From contig CAVQEQ010000004.1 in the NCBI GenBank assembly GCA_963711565.1, forward strand, positions 1,504,001 through 1,568,000: a stretch of 64,000 bases of DNA. Reading direction: 5' to 3'. Source of the DNA: an uncultured delta proteobacterium (GTDB lineage: Bacteria; Desulfobacterota; Binatia; Binatales; Binataceae). The translations under genes and the position numbers were made by a program. Positions 39,019 through 50,056 of the stretch are shown here, piece by piece. Positions within the stretch are counted from its first letter, which is position 1, and each line of letters begins with the position of its first letter. The notes under the pieces are model-generated. The model saw only the letters and a program-made list of their open reading frames with translations. It searched no databases and was not told where the DNA came from.

Positions 39019-39150
39019 CAGGATGGGAGAGGATCGAAGGTGAGGGTCCATATACAGCGCGCTCTTTGGCGCGCGATTCAAGATTCTGCTTTCTGCCTGA
39101 GTGTCTCCACCGAGGTTATACAAAGTTCTCCGAAGGGAGAGGTAAAAGAG

Positions 39151-39180
39151 AAGCGGCGAGCCAGAAGGCTCGCCGCTTTC
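39151..39180 (-). terminator. intrinsic terminator after the large surface-protein gene
   Basis: AAGCGGCGAGCC-AGAA-GGCTCGCCGCTT hairpin with T-rich flanks. Confidence 0.7.
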
Positions 39181-39213
39181 GTTGCGGGCGTTATCGGTTG
39201 CGATCTTGGCCGC

Positions 39214-42200
39214 CTACTTCTTGACCTTGGGCGCCTTGCCGGTGCCGGATAGCGGGATCACCTGCGGATTTCCGGTCGCGTCGTCGGTGACGGTTAACTG
39301 TCCAGTTTGCAAAGAGGTGTCCGGCGGAGTGAAGGTCACAAAAACCTTACAGCTCTTTCCGGGCGCCAACACTTTGTCGCATTGGGTCTTTACCGCGAAT
39401 GGAGAGTCAGTCGTCTCGCCATTGACCATGATGTCGATCTTGGACTTCTTCGGACTGGTGTTCTTGATCGTGATCTTCTTGGCCTTGCTGGTTTTGTTAA
39501 CCACGTCCTTATCGCCGAAACTCACCGGATCCGGATTGAACGACAGCGTACCCTCAGGTGTCGGCGTCCCGGTTGGAGTCGCGGTCACGGTCGGCGTCGG
39601 AGTTGCCGTCCTCGTCGCAGTCGCAGTCGTGGTCGCAGTCGATGTCGCGGTTGCGGTCGCCGTCCTGGTCGCAGTCGCGGTGGGAGTTGCCGTCCGCGAA
39701 CTGGTTGACGTTGACGTTGCCGTCGGTGTCGCCGTTGTCGTCGCGGTCCTGGTTGGGGTCGCGGTCGGGGTTGCCGTCCGCGAACCGGTCGAGGTCGGTG
39801 TCAACGTCGGGGTTGACGTTGCAGTCCTGGTTGCGGTTCCGGTGGCGGTCGCCGTGCTGGTTGGCGTCGCGGTCCTCGTTGCGGTGGAAGTCGCCGTCGG
39901 TCCAGTCGTACCCGTCGCGGTTGCGGTCGGAGTGGCCGTCCGGGTTGAGGTGGCAGTGGCCGTAGGCGTTGGAGTCGTCGTGGCGCCGGTCGGAGTCGCG
40001 GTCGGAGTGGGCTTTACGAACGGCGTCGGGCACGTGTTACCCGCCGGATTGATCTCGGTCAAAAACGCGTTGGTGCTGCTCACGCCCGCCGCATTGTTGA
40101 AGAGTTGGAACCCATTCGACGTGACTGGGAAGTCCGTCGAGTAGGTGGTTCCGGCCACGTAAATGTTCTTGCCGACCGGATCGTATCCCAGCCCCAGTCC
40201 GACGTCGGCCATTCCCGAGCCGCCGAGCAAGCTCGAATAGACCAACTGATCCGTTGCGTTTGAATTTGTCGTGTCGAGCGCGGACACGAACGCCGTTATC
40301 GGCACCGTTTCATCATCGAACGTTATACCGCTGCTGTTATTCGTCGCCTGGCACTTATTGGTGCTGAGCGGAAATGGAGTGGTACCTCCTTGCGCCGCCG
40401 ATGTCGTGAGCCCAGTCAAGTAGACAATGCCGCTATGCTCCGCCATCGCTCCTATAGCGTCTCCAAGCCCGACATCGACAAGCCCGTCGAACACGATGTC
40501 GAAACCGGTCCCGCCGAAGTAGGTTGAATAGAGTATCTGGCCGAGCCCAGCAGTGTCACTTGGGTCTATCTCAGTGACAAATCCTGTGAACGCAGGGATA
40601 CCCGCGCTCGTTTGGGCATTGTTGTGTTCCTCAAACGGAGGATTCGTCGTGGTGACCCCGGCCAGGTTGCCGTCCACGGGAAAATTCGCCGAGGCCGTCA
40701 AGCCTGCGACGTATATATTTCCCGAGTCGAGTACGATTGCGGTTCCAACGTCGCCAATAGCTAAAATCGAATCGCCTAAAAACGAGAGATCAGCCCCTGA
40801 ACCACCCAGGTAGCTGGCGTACGTCAACGAAGTTCCAGTGAGCGTACCGGTCCCGGTCGGATTGAACTCGGCGACGAACGCATTGCTGGTGCCTTCGCTG
40901 GTGCTGCCCAGGAATGTGCCTTGCGTCGCGTTCTTAGTCGGGATGTTGTCCGAGAACGCCGCACCCGTTATCGCTACTTCGGTGGCTGATTCGACCGAGA
41001 TGCCAAGGCCAACGTCGCCGGCGCCAGCCGTACTATTTCCGGTCCCGCCGTAGTAGCTCGAATAGACGGGCGTGGATCCTTCCCCGTCTCCTCCGACCAC
41101 CATGATGAACGCGTTGCTCAATCCGCCCTCTCCGCCAGCGAGGTTGGACTGCGCCGCATTGGAGGTCACGACAAACCCGTCAGGGCCGGTCGTGGGCACC
41201 ACCGGCGAGCCGGCCGTGCTCTGCGTGCTGCCGACGATGTACGCATCGCAATCCGTCGTGCAGCCCGGCACCAGCGCGACGCGGGCCGCCGTCGCATTCA
41301 GGGCGCCCGGGATATAGCACGAGTAAACCACGCTGTGGCCGTCCGCATCCAACTCACTCACAAACCCCTGGTTGGTATTTGCTTTGACGCCGATATTGGT
41401 CTGGCCCCACGCTCCGCACGACGAGGTGCCGGGAAAAGGATCCGAAGGTGAATCATTCACCTGGCCCGAGTAGGTCTGTCCGACGACGTACGCCTCGCCG
41501 TCGCCGTCAACGGCGATGCCAAATCCGAGATCGCCGTCGCCCTTGCCGACCGCGTCGGGATCGCTGGTTTTCGTATCGCCATTGGAGCCGAGGTAGGTCG
41601 CGTAAACCAGCGAACTGGCGCCGCTTAGAGTCGTATTGAACTTCGCAACGTAGACGTTTGGATTCTGCGTCGGAGGAGAATTCGCGCCCAGCAGCGACGG
41701 AAACGCCGCCGTCTCCGAAAGCGCACCATGGGTCGGCAGATCGTTCGAGTACGCGGACCCGGTAATGTATGCCTTCGCCGACGAATCGAGCGCGAGGTCC
41801 ACTCCAGTTTCAGAATCAATCAGGCCGGTGTCGTTCCCCAGGAACGACGAGAATTGCTCGAGGTTCAGCGGGCCGGTGCTCGAACCGTCGCCGCCGAAAT
41901 AAGTGGAGTATGGAATCGTATCGACGGTCGGATCGATAAACAGCGGCTTGGCGCGATCGTAGCTTGCCAGCTCAAATCCGACCTCGCGCGTTGTGATTCC
42001 GGCCACTACCGTGCTGTCTTTCGCGAGTTTGAAACTGCCTTCAATCGGCGTGCGGCTACCGTCGGCATTCTGCTGATAGTTCTTCGGCTTGGCGATCCTG
42101 ATCGTTCCGGAAACGGTCGCAATTACGATGTCACCTGACGCAGTCTGCGTGGTCTGCGCCGGACCCTCGATCGCAAACTTGATCTTCGAGGTATCCGCGC

Positions 42201-42807
42201 CCGGCGCCGCTATCAGATCGTACTCTAGCGCGCTGGGCGTGCCGTAATAGACCACGTCGACGCCCGGGTACACGTTGTTGAATCGCACGCGACCGAAGGT
42301 CGGGATGTCGCGATGCCAGTTCTTTTTGTTCCCAATCAGGTAATTGACGCGGCCCGGCAGCGGCTCCAGCCCCTCGGCTTGCGGATGCGGATTCGCACCG
42401 ACCAGGCGCACTCGCACCGCCGACTCGGTGAGATGGGTATCGTCCCCATGCCTGCCCGACAATGCGTTCGCCAGCGGACTCTTGTGAAACACGCCACCGA
42501 TCAGAGAGAACGTCGCAGCGTCATCGGTCAGAAACAGCGAGTAGCGTCCACTGCGCGAAAGATAGCGCACGCTTGGATTGACCTGCCCCCGATTCACTTC
42601 GAAGTACAGCGGCAGTCCGGCGATTTTGGCCATCGCCTCCTGCTTGGCCTGTTGGGGGTTCTTGACCGCCTCCGACGACGAGGTCATCGCCGTCCCGGTT
42701 CGCGATCCCAAGGTCAGGACCACGAACGCCAAAATCGCGAGCGCGCCAATCGAGGCCGCGATCGTTAACCGTGCGCGCAGCGAAATGCCGGAATTACGAA
42801 CCGTCAT
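39214..42807 (-). CDS. exported SBBP-repeat beta-propeller protein with Thr/Pro linker and C-terminal ASH/Ig-like domain
   Basis: [25 protein letters not shown], repeated YSTYFGG/AYITG..S; long PT/TA linker; C-terminal domain with Cys pair. Confidence 0.85.
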   Translation of the reverse strand: MTVRNSGISLRARLTIAASIGALAILAFVVLTLGSRTGTAMTSSSEAVKNPQQAKQEAMAKIAGLPLYFEVNRGQVNPSVRYLSRSGRYSLFLTDDAATFSLIGGVFHKSPLANALSGRHGDDTHLTESAVRVRLVGANPHPQAEGLEPLPGRVNYLIGNKKNWHRDIPTFGRVRFNNVYPGVDVVYYGTPSALEYDLIAAPGADTSKIKFAIEGPAQTTQTASGDIVIATVSGTIRIAKPKNYQQNADGSRTPIEGSFKLAKDSTVVAGITTREVGFELASYDRAKPLFIDPTVDTIPYSTYFGGDGSSTGPLNLEQFSSFLGNDTGLIDSETGVDLALDSSAKAYITGSAYSNDLPTHGALSETAAFPSLLGANSPPTQNPNVYVAKFNTTLSGASSLVYATYLGSNGDTKTSDPDAVGKGDGDLGFGIAVDGDGEAYVVGQTYSGQVNDSPSDPFPGTSSCGAWGQTNIGVKANTNQGFVSELDADGHSVVYSCYIPGALNATAARVALVPGCTTDCDAYIVGSTQSTAGSPVVPTTGPDGFVVTSNAAQSNLAGGEGGLSNAFIMVVGGDGEGSTPVYSSYYGGTGNSTAGAGDVGLGISVESATEVAITGAAFSDNIPTKNATQGTFLGSTSEGTSNAFVAEFNPTGTGTLTGTSLTYASYLGGSGADLSFLGDSILAIGDVGTAIVLDSGNIYVAGLTASANFPVDGNLAGVTTTNPPFEEHNNAQTSAGIPAFTGFVTEIDPSDTAGLGQILYSTYFGGTGFDIVFDGLVDVGLGDAIGAMAEHSGIVYLTGLTTSAAQGGTTPFPLSTNKCQATNNSSGITFDDETVPITAFVSALDTTNSNATDQLVYSSLLGGSGMADVGLGLGYDPVGKNIYVAGTTYSTDFPVTSNGFQLFNNAAGVSSTNAFLTEINPAGNTCPTPFVKPTPTATPTGATTTPTPTATATSTRTATPTATATGTTGPTATSTATRTATPTSTATATGTATRTATSTPTLTPTSTGSRTATPTATPTRTATTTATPTATSTSTSSRTATPTATATRTATATATSTATTTATATRTATPTPTVTATPTGTPTPEGTLSFNPDPVSFGDKDVVNKTSKAKKITIKNTSPKKSKIDIMVNGETTDSPFAVKTQCDKVLAPGKSCKVFVTFTPPDTSLQTGQLTVTDDATGNPQVIPLSGTGKAPKVKK

Positions 42808-43122
42808 GATGCTCCTCCCTGTAAAAAACCCACCTTGCAAGACTTAAAACTCTCAGCCCACGTTAATGATTACTGCGGGCACAAAATTTCAAGATTGCGA
42901 TTAAGTACCATTACGCCCATTTAAAGACAAGGAAATCGTCCACAGCGATCTAAAAGCGTCACGTTCAATAGTTCCAGACTACTTGGCAACAGCGTGCGAT
43001 TGAGCCAAAGAAAGCTTTGTCTAGCGTACGATTGTGCTTGATCAGGAGGCGGCGACGCAGATCACTGCTGCCGGATGGGGCGTGGAACCCCGCGTGGCGG
43101 GATTCACATCAAACGAGGATGC

Positions 43123-46074
43123 TCACCTGCCGACCCCGCTCAGCTTGACCTTGACGGTGCGATGCTTCGGGTCGCTGCTCGTGATTTCTAGCACTTCCCG
43201 TGCAGTACCCTTCGCGGTCGGCGCGAACTGAATTGCGATCGTCGTCGAGCCATGCGGATCGACGATAAACTCGCCGCCACTCACCGCGAACGGCGCGCCC
43301 AGCGTCGGCACCGATGCGGCCAGCGTCACGGTCCCGCCGTTCCCGATCTCGATCGTGCGGGAGCCCGAACTGCTCCCGATCGCGACCTTGCCGAACTTCA
43401 ACGACTTCGGCCTCAGCTTCAGCTTGCCGCCCATCGCCTGGGTCGGCGTTGGCGACGCGGTCGGGGTCGTAGTCGCGGTTGCGGTTGCCGTCGCCGTCGA
43501 TGTGGCGAGCGCCGTCGCAGTTGCGGTCGCGGTCATCGTCGTCGTCGCGGTCGGCGACGCGGTGGCGGTTGCGGTCGCCGTAGCTGTAGCAGTCGGCGTG
43601 GGCGTCGCGAATATGCCGTCATAGACCATCGAGCGATTGTTCTGCGTGTCCGCCACGTAGAGGTCGACATTGGCGTCGAGCGCGACCGCGTCCGGCGCGC
43701 ACAAACTGTCGGCGCCGAGTCCGAATAAGTCGCCCGGCGCGATTCCGTTATCGCATCCCGAAGTCGTGAAGCTGCCCGCGTCGCCCTGCCCTATCACCAT
43801 CACCGCCGCGGTATCCGAGCTGAACGGCGGCTCGTACTCGAGCACGCGATCATTGCTCGCGTCGGCCACCCACAGGTCGCCGAACAAGTCGAGCATCAAT
43901 CCCGCCGGCGCGCACAACGTGGCCGCACCCGGTGCCGCCGCACCGCGATTGCATTTCGACGCCGTGAAATCGCCGCCCTGGCCGAACACCCGCGAGGCAT
44001 CCTGCGTCCCCGCCAGTGGCGCGTCGATTTCAAGCACGCGATTGTTGCCCGAGTCGGCGACAAACAGATCGCCCGACGCATCGATCGCCACGCCGCCCGG
44101 ATTGCACATCCCCTGATTGCTCGCCGGCGGATTCGCACCCGCGCCGTTCGCGCATACCGTGTCGGAGAAATCCGCAATCCCCGCCTGCCCGTACGCGCGA
44201 CTCGCAATCGCATCCGACGCGCTTGGCGGAGTGCCGGCTGGCGCGAATTCGAGCACCCGGTTGTTCCCGGCGTCCGCAATATAGATGTTACCGGCGCCGT
44301 CGAGCACCGACGACGACGGATTGCACAGGGTCGTCGCATTCGCGCCGCTCGGATTGCAGGTCCGCGTCGTGAACGCGCCCAGTTGCCCGTAGACGAAATC
44401 CGCCGACCCGTCACCCGCGCCCGGCTCGCCGCTGGCCGTGTTGAAGGGGGCGTTGTACACCAGCACCCGATTGTTGCCCGAATCGGCGACGTACAGATTT
44501 CCATTCTGATCGACCGTCATCCGCGCCGGACCGCAGAGGCTGTCGGCGCCGAGTCCCGCAAGGTCGCCCGCCGCGACGCCGTTGTTGCACTTGTACGAGA
44601 ACAGGTCGGGCTGCCCCAGCACGATATCGGCCGGCTCGGCGGCGACGAACAACGTCACGTCCCTCCAGCCGAGCACGCGATTGTTGGTGGTGTCGGCGAC
44701 ATAAAGATGGCGATACGGCGGCTGCGACGTCGCATCGACCGCGATTCCGCCGGGCGCGTGCGCGCCAATCGCATCGACGAAGTTCGGCCCGTTATGCGAT
44801 CGATCGATCTGTCCACCGGCGCCGTTCGCCACGGTATTGCCGGGCGAGCCGGACTCGTTGAACTCGAGCACGCGGTTGTTCGCCTGGTCGGCGACGTAGA
44901 GATTGTTGCTCGCGTCGATCGCCAGGCCCATCGGGAATTGCAGCGACGCGGCGTTCGGATTCTGCGCGCCGGGTCCGATCTCAAGATTGAGCAGATCCGC
45001 CGCCATCAGCGGCACCGGCTGCGTGTACTCGTACACCTGGTTATGCGCCTCCGATGAGACGTAAAAATTCTGATTCGAATCCGCGGCGACCCCCGAAGGC
45101 AGCGCGAGGTTGTCGCCCTCGAAGACCAGATCCGCGGCGACGTTATTCGCCTGCCCGTAACCGAACGGGCCGTTGTACTCGAGCGCGCGATTGTTCTCGG
45201 TATCCGGAACGTAGAGATTGTCGGCGACATCGACCGCAATCCCGACGCCGAAAAACGGCGTCATGCACAAGCTCGTCAACGTCGCGCTCCCACCCTGGTT
45301 GCACGCGCCGCTGAACAGGTTCGGCTGCCCAATCGCCACGTCGGCTGTCGCGTCGCCGAAATTTCCCGGCGTCCCGGCGACCGACGTCATCGGGAACGGC
45401 GAGAAAAAAACCAGCGCGCGATTGTTGTTCACGTCGGCCACGAACAGATTGCCCGTCGCATCGAGCGCCACGCCCTGCGGACTGCTCATGCTGTTGGGGC
45501 CGAGCCCGCCTTCGTTCGCGCCGTTGGTGACAAAGCTCCCCGCCTGCCCGAACACCGCGTCAGCCGCAAAATCGCTCGCCTGACCGCTCCCGCTAAGCAA
45601 CGCGAATGGATCTTCAAACACCACCACCCGGTTGTTGAGCGCATCGCCGACGTACACGCGATGCGCCAAATCGACCGCCACGCCAATCGGGCGGCACAGG
45701 CTGCTCGCACTCGGTGCCGGCGCGTTCTGATTGCATCCCGACGAATTGAAATCCTGCTGGCCGATCACGATATCCGCCGCCCCGCCCGACGCGAACGCCG
45801 ACGCGCTGATCCACCCCATCACGCGATTATTTTGCGAATCGGCCACAAGCACATGGCCCGCGGCCTGGTCGATCGCCACGCCGGCCGGCGCATTCATCCC
45901 GATCGCATCGACAAAGTTGACCTGGTTGTTGGTGAAATCGATCTGCCCCAGCACGCGGTCCGCGCTCGGCGCGCCGACTCCCGCACGCAACACCCCGCGC
46001 ATTATTTCCGTCGCGAGCGCGATCACGATAAGCGCGAGAAGAACGATCCCGCCAGTTCGCAAACCAGGGCGCAC
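43123..46074 (-). CDS. exported NHL-repeat protein with Thr/Ala linker and C-terminal Ig-like domain
   Basis: Many P.G.A.D..GNLYVAD..NNRVL repeats and ADxVxGQ motifs. Confidence 0.88.
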   Translation of the reverse strand: MRPGLRTGGIVLLALIVIALATEIMRGVLRAGVGAPSADRVLGQIDFTNNQVNFVDAIGMNAPAGVAIDQAAGHVLVADSQNNRVMGWISASAFASGGAADIVIGQQDFNSSGCNQNAPAPSASSLCRPIGVAVDLAHRVYVGDALNNRVVVFEDPFALLSGSGQASDFAADAVFGQAGSFVTNGANEGGLGPNSMSSPQGVALDATGNLFVADVNNNRALVFFSPFPMTSVAGTPGNFGDATADVAIGQPNLFSGACNQGGSATLTSLCMTPFFGVGIAVDVADNLYVPDTENNRALEYNGPFGYGQANNVAADLVFEGDNLALPSGVAADSNQNFYVSSEAHNQVYEYTQPVPLMAADLLNLEIGPGAQNPNAASLQFPMGLAIDASNNLYVADQANNRVLEFNESGSPGNTVANGAGGQIDRSHNGPNFVDAIGAHAPGGIAVDATSQPPYRHLYVADTTNNRVLGWRDVTLFVAAEPADIVLGQPDLFSYKCNNGVAAGDLAGLGADSLCGPARMTVDQNGNLYVADSGNNRVLVYNAPFNTASGEPGAGDGSADFVYGQLGAFTTRTCNPSGANATTLCNPSSSVLDGAGNIYIADAGNNRVLEFAPAGTPPSASDAIASRAYGQAGIADFSDTVCANGAGANPPASNQGMCNPGGVAIDASGDLFVADSGNNRVLEIDAPLAGTQDASRVFGQGGDFTASKCNRGAAAPGAATLCAPAGLMLDLFGDLWVADASNDRVLEYEPPFSSDTAAVMVIGQGDAGSFTTSGCDNGIAPGDLFGLGADSLCAPDAVALDANVDLYVADTQNNRSMVYDGIFATPTPTATATATATATASPTATTTMTATATATALATSTATATATATTTPTASPTPTQAMGGKLKLRPKSLKFGKVAIGSSSGSRTIEIGNGGTVTLAASVPTLGAPFAVSGGEFIVDPHGSTTIAIQFAPTAKGTAREVLEITSSDPKHRTVKVKLSGVGR

Positions 46075-46372
46075 ACACCCTCCCCGCCGACCTGGAGGTG
46101 CGACTTCCGACGCGATGCGACTGTGCGAAGACTAAACGGAAGGCGTAATCCGGCTGCGTGTAAACTAACTGTCAAACTCAGCATAGCTCCCAGTGGAGCG
46201 TTCTAGAACATGCGCGGAGTTCCTCAAAGCACATTTTCATCACTATTCTCAGCAAAGGGTCCAAGCGAAAGGCGACGCGCCAAGATGCGCGGCTGAAAAA
46301 CACGGTCGAGCATCACTTCGATTTGTAGGAATTCCGAAAGGCGATCAAGCCGCTGATCGCGACGAAGAGGCG

Positions 46373-46705
46373 CTAAGCAGTTTTACGCGCAGCCTGTTTA
46401 CCAAGCTTCTTTTTGATTTCACGTGACCGCGACGAAATAATATCGCGAACCAACGCCGAGTCAAAAGGATCGATCCCTTCAATCTTCACTTTGGCCAGTA
46501 GTCCATCCTCACCATACAGTTTGGCGAGCATACCGAAGGATTCGTCAAAAAATGAAACGGAGGTAATCTGCATCCCTGTGAAATCTACGACAACTGGAAA
46601 CGAGTCCTGAGCGATCGCTTCCTCAATCAAGGTTCGCATCTTCTGGCCATGTTCTCGCGAAACCACGTCGTCGCCCAATTGTGTTTTAACTTCAATACGT
46701 TTCAT
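46373..46705 (-). CDS. STAS-like (DUF4325) protein
   Basis: SREHG..R, VVVDFTGM...SFFDESFG. Confidence 0.75.
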   Translation of the reverse strand: MKRIEVKTQLGDDVVSREHGQKMRTLIEEAIAQDSFPVVVDFTGMQITSVSFFDESFGMLAKLYGEDGLLAKVKIEGIDPFDSALVRDIISSRSREIKKKLGKQAARKTA

Positions 46706-47645
46706 TGCCGTTGTCCTCATCCCCCAGAACGTACAATCCTCTCTGGGTAGGAACGAGCGAAAGAAAAACTGCTGTACCGGGGAATATTCCATCGATCTTG
46801 TCTGTCTTCGGTCGGCGGTCTGGCCGAAAACGAACTCTACCCTTACCTGATATTATAGTCATTGTACCGCCGTTGACACGGACGAAGCGACGAATAACGT
46901 CCAAACCCCGACCACGATTGGTGGCGACCGCAGAAACCCCCGGCTCTGTCGCTAATTCGATGAGGTGCGGATCGCTTCTCATGCGACGATACCGATCCAC
47001 GCCACGCAAACTCGTCGGTATTCCCTTCCCTAAATCGAGCAGACAGAGCGTTATCCGATTTCGATATTTGTGGCCAGAGACCCAAGCCCCTGTCGCCGAG
47101 CCAGAATGTTCGGCGAAATTTTGCACCAATTCAAGAAGCGACATTCGCATCGACGGCTTTAGACCCGGAGCAAACGGCTGCAACGATTCGAGGAAATTTA
47201 AGAGACCGTCTATGAACAGCGGTTCGAGTTCGCGTATGTGAACCAAATCAACGCGATTTCTGTCCGGTTGTCTAGGCCTGAACTGATCTCCCAAGCCGAT
47301 AGATTCGTAGAAGCCAGCGTTCTGCAAATATGCGTGTACATTCGCCCTCGTTGGTGGGCGAACCAAAATCTTTGTGATGGCCTCCTGACCGCTGCATCGA
47401 TCCAAACAAGCCGCAAGATACGTCAAGCCAAAGGAATCCAAAAACTCCACCGAGGACAAATCAACCAAAAGTTCCCGTGGCATCTCTGGCGCTAGCAGCG
47501 GCAACGTCTGGCGTAGAAGCGGGTTTGCCCAACCAATGGTGGAAAGTCTGTAGAACGGGAACCGAGGCGGTCCCATTAATATTTCCGTGCCAAGTCCCAT
47601 GCGAGAGGGCATTAAACACTGGAACGCGCGCCGATGCCAAGTCAC
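46692..47645 (-). CDS. STAS plus HATPase (anti-sigma kinase-like) protein
   Basis: VDLSSVEFLDSFGL; ELVQNFAEHS, DLGKGIP, GRGL, FPGT. Confidence 0.75.
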   Translation of the reverse strand: MTWHRRAFQCLMPSRMGLGTEILMGPPRFPFYRLSTIGWANPLLRQTLPLLAPEMPRELLVDLSSVEFLDSFGLTYLAACLDRCSGQEAITKILVRPPTRANVHAYLQNAGFYESIGLGDQFRPRQPDRNRVDLVHIRELEPLFIDGLLNFLESLQPFAPGLKPSMRMSLLELVQNFAEHSGSATGAWVSGHKYRNRITLCLLDLGKGIPTSLRGVDRYRRMRSDPHLIELATEPGVSAVATNRGRGLDVIRRFVRVNGGTMTIISGKGRVRFRPDRRPKTDKIDGIFPGTAVFLSLVPTQRGLYVLGDEDNGNETY

Positions 47646-47731
47646 TTCCCTAGATTGAAAAAAACCGCGCGCCCCGCCGGGAGGCGACGAGGCGCGCAGT
47701 CAGCAATCGCTATCAGCAACAATCCCGAGCG

Positions 47732-48319
47732 CTAGAACCCGTAGCCATAGCCGTAAGGCACGCCGCCGCAATTGAGCTCCGCATTATGCAGTTGCCCGAG
47801 CAGGTCGGCCGCCGCCGCCGGATGCCCGGTGTTGCGGTCCTGGTAGTACACATTGCGCAGATGCTGCGCCCATGCGCACGCTCCGCCCGCATAGCCGTAA
47901 GGCATTACATAGACGCCAGGCCCGCCGGCGTAGTAACCGCCGTCGTATCCACGATCGCCGTAGTTTCGGTAGTCGCGGTCGCCGTTATGGTCCGAGCGAT
48001 AGCGATCGTTTCGATAATCCCTTGAGTCACGATTCGCCGCTACCGCAGGCGCCGGATGCTCCGTGCGCACGCTGCGCTCATCGCGCGCCTCGTTGCGAGT
48101 GGCTGTCCTCGGCTCGGCTTTGCGCGCCGTTTCATTGGACCGCGCCGGAGCCTTGTTGTTATGCGCCGCCGTGGCATCGCGATGCGATTGCGATACCGCC
48201 GGATGCGAGTCGTTCTTGCCGCTATCGCGATCCTGTGCGGTGGCAACGATCGGCGTCGCCAGAAGCGCAAGCCCAATCAACCCCGTCATAATATTTTTTC
48301 TGAAGTTCATGGTCATCAA
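47732..48319 (-). CDS. exported low-complexity hypothetical protein
   Basis: Signal peptide, R/D-rich and G/Y-rich segments, C-terminal Cys pair. Confidence 0.65.
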   Translation of the reverse strand: MMTMNFRKNIMTGLIGLALLATPIVATAQDRDSGKNDSHPAVSQSHRDATAAHNNKAPARSNETARKAEPRTATRNEARDERSVRTEHPAPAVAANRDSRDYRNDRYRSDHNGDRDYRNYGDRGYDGGYYAGGPGVYVMPYGYAGGACAWAQHLRNVYYQDRNTGHPAAAADLLGQLHNAELNCGGVPYGYGYGF

Positions 48320-48602
48320 CCTCTAGACAGAGGTACAGCATCAAAGATGCCAATCCCGTCGAGGTAGAAAAGTCCTTGCAAACCCTTCTTTCTTGACGAT
48401 TCGGAACCGCGAAACACTCACGAATCAAAGAAATCGGCAAATTCTGCGATGACCCAATCCGGTCACCAAAAAACGAAAAATGTCGCGCGAAAAAGCAGCT
48501 TAATGCACGTTCAGACTTCGAGCGCCGACCACCATACCCGCCACCGCTGCGGGTTTCCAGATTCAGTTCAACCGTGCGCCCTGCCGCTACCGAGAGCCAC
48601 CG

Positions 48603-48730
48603 CCCCTGAGAGCAAAGTAGCGCGCTGCGCGCAACTTTGCGCTTCACACTGGGTGCAGGGGTCACCCCTGCCGAGGGCGCGGGGCGAGGAGCCCCGCATC
48701 TTTCCCCCCGCCGCGCAGGCGATTATTCTC
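48603..48730. repeat. three-hairpin dispersed repeat, copy 2 (inverted)
   Basis: Near-identical reverse complement of 63094-63222. Confidence 0.85.
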
Positions 48731-48762
48731 TGAACCCTCACCGACGGTACGCGAAGCTCTCT

Positions 48763-49608
48763 TCATGGATAAACTTTGATCGGCGATACGTCGGAACGAA
48801 ACGCGCTGGCCGACAGCACAAAGCGCGGTGCCGCGGAGCAGTTTGCCGCCGGAGCATGCAGTATCAGCGGATGCGCCAGGAATACATCGCCGGGTTCGCC
48901 GGTCATTTCATTCACGCGCATCTCTACTCCGCCGGCGACCTTGGTTCTATTTTTCATGAAGCGCTGAACGCGGCCAGCTTTTTCGTCCCTCGAACAGAGA
49001 GCCTTCACCCACGGGTACGCGCGAATCAGGCGCTTGCGAGCGTCGGCCGACGGCAGGTGTTCGATTCGCCCCTCGCGCGCGAGATTCTGCACCAGCTTGT
49101 GAGAACCGGCGACGAAAAGTGTTCCGCCTCCTCCCGGCGGCAACTTGGCCAGGCACGTGAAGATACGCACGCCGGTAAGGCCCAATGAACTACACGAAGC
49201 CGGGAAATCGAGATGCCAGAGGCTGCTGGGAACGTCCCAATGGTCTCTGGATTCCGGAAATGCGACCAACGGCGAGCCCCATCGCTCCGGCCGCTGCCAG
49301 TTTCCAGCCCCCAATAGCTCGTCCAGCGCGGCGCGAACGACTGCGCTGCCGGCCTGCTCAAAGGTTTCCGACTTCGGCAGATGACGAGTGCCGGTAAACC
49401 GATGTGCTCCACTGATCTGCTGCACTTCCACCGCGCCGCGTTCAGGTTCCGGCCACGTATCCGGCGCGTCGCGATGGATGTGATATCGGTCGCGAAGGCA
49501 ATTCCAGACGGTCGCCAGCATTTCCTCGGCCGCGGATTTCGCGACCGCGCCAGGCATCCGGACTATCCCGTATTGATCGAATTCATTGCGCTGTTCAGCG
49601 GTAAGCAT
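48763..49608 (-). CDS. phytanoyl-CoA dioxygenase (PhyH) family 2OG-Fe(II) oxygenase
   Basis: LTAEQ..F...G, WHLD, GGT..V.GSH, GEPGDV..HP..LH. Confidence 0.85.
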   Translation of the reverse strand: MLTAEQRNEFDQYGIVRMPGAVAKSAAEEMLATVWNCLRDRYHIHRDAPDTWPEPERGAVEVQQISGAHRFTGTRHLPKSETFEQAGSAVVRAALDELLGAGNWQRPERWGSPLVAFPESRDHWDVPSSLWHLDFPASCSSLGLTGVRIFTCLAKLPPGGGGTLFVAGSHKLVQNLAREGRIEHLPSADARKRLIRAYPWVKALCSRDEKAGRVQRFMKNRTKVAGGVEMRVNEMTGEPGDVFLAHPLILHAPAANCSAAPRFVLSASAFRSDVSPIKVYP

Positions 49609-50056
49609 CGAGCACCTCCCGTTATACGCAGACCATAATTTCCGCGCACCTTGGTGAATTCATCAAAATGAAAACGCCTCGTGCTTGCCCACTCTGCCGT
49701 TTGAGGGGCAAACACGGGGCGTCCCCGTGTTCAGGCCTGCCTGCAATCCTGCAAAGCAAGCTCAGATATTTCGCGAATCGCGGGACCTAGTTACACCCGC
49801 TCGACCTACCGCTTTATGACAAACTTCCCGCGCCGTTACAACCAGCCTCTCCCCTAATAACACTGGGTGCAGAGCCTGTGCTGAGCTTGCCGAACGAGGT
49901 CACCCCTGCCGAAGGAGGTGCGGAACCCACCGCGGGTTCCGCATTTAACAATGTGAATTTCTCTTCGCACCCACGTTTTGTAACCTCCCCATCAAGCCTG
50001 CTAATCTTCACCCCGAAAATTGCCCAACCATCGGTACCGGAAAGGAGACCGCGACC

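Noticed and set aside
39554-40144. Val-rich ORF on the plus strand and repetitive DNA resembling a tandem array
   Set aside because: Antisense shadow of the Thr/Ala/Pro linker of the SBBP protein; not a CRISPR array or a separate gene
46416-46430. TTTCACGTGA as a third parS
   Set aside because: Right half (CCGC) breaks the palindrome and it lies in a coding region
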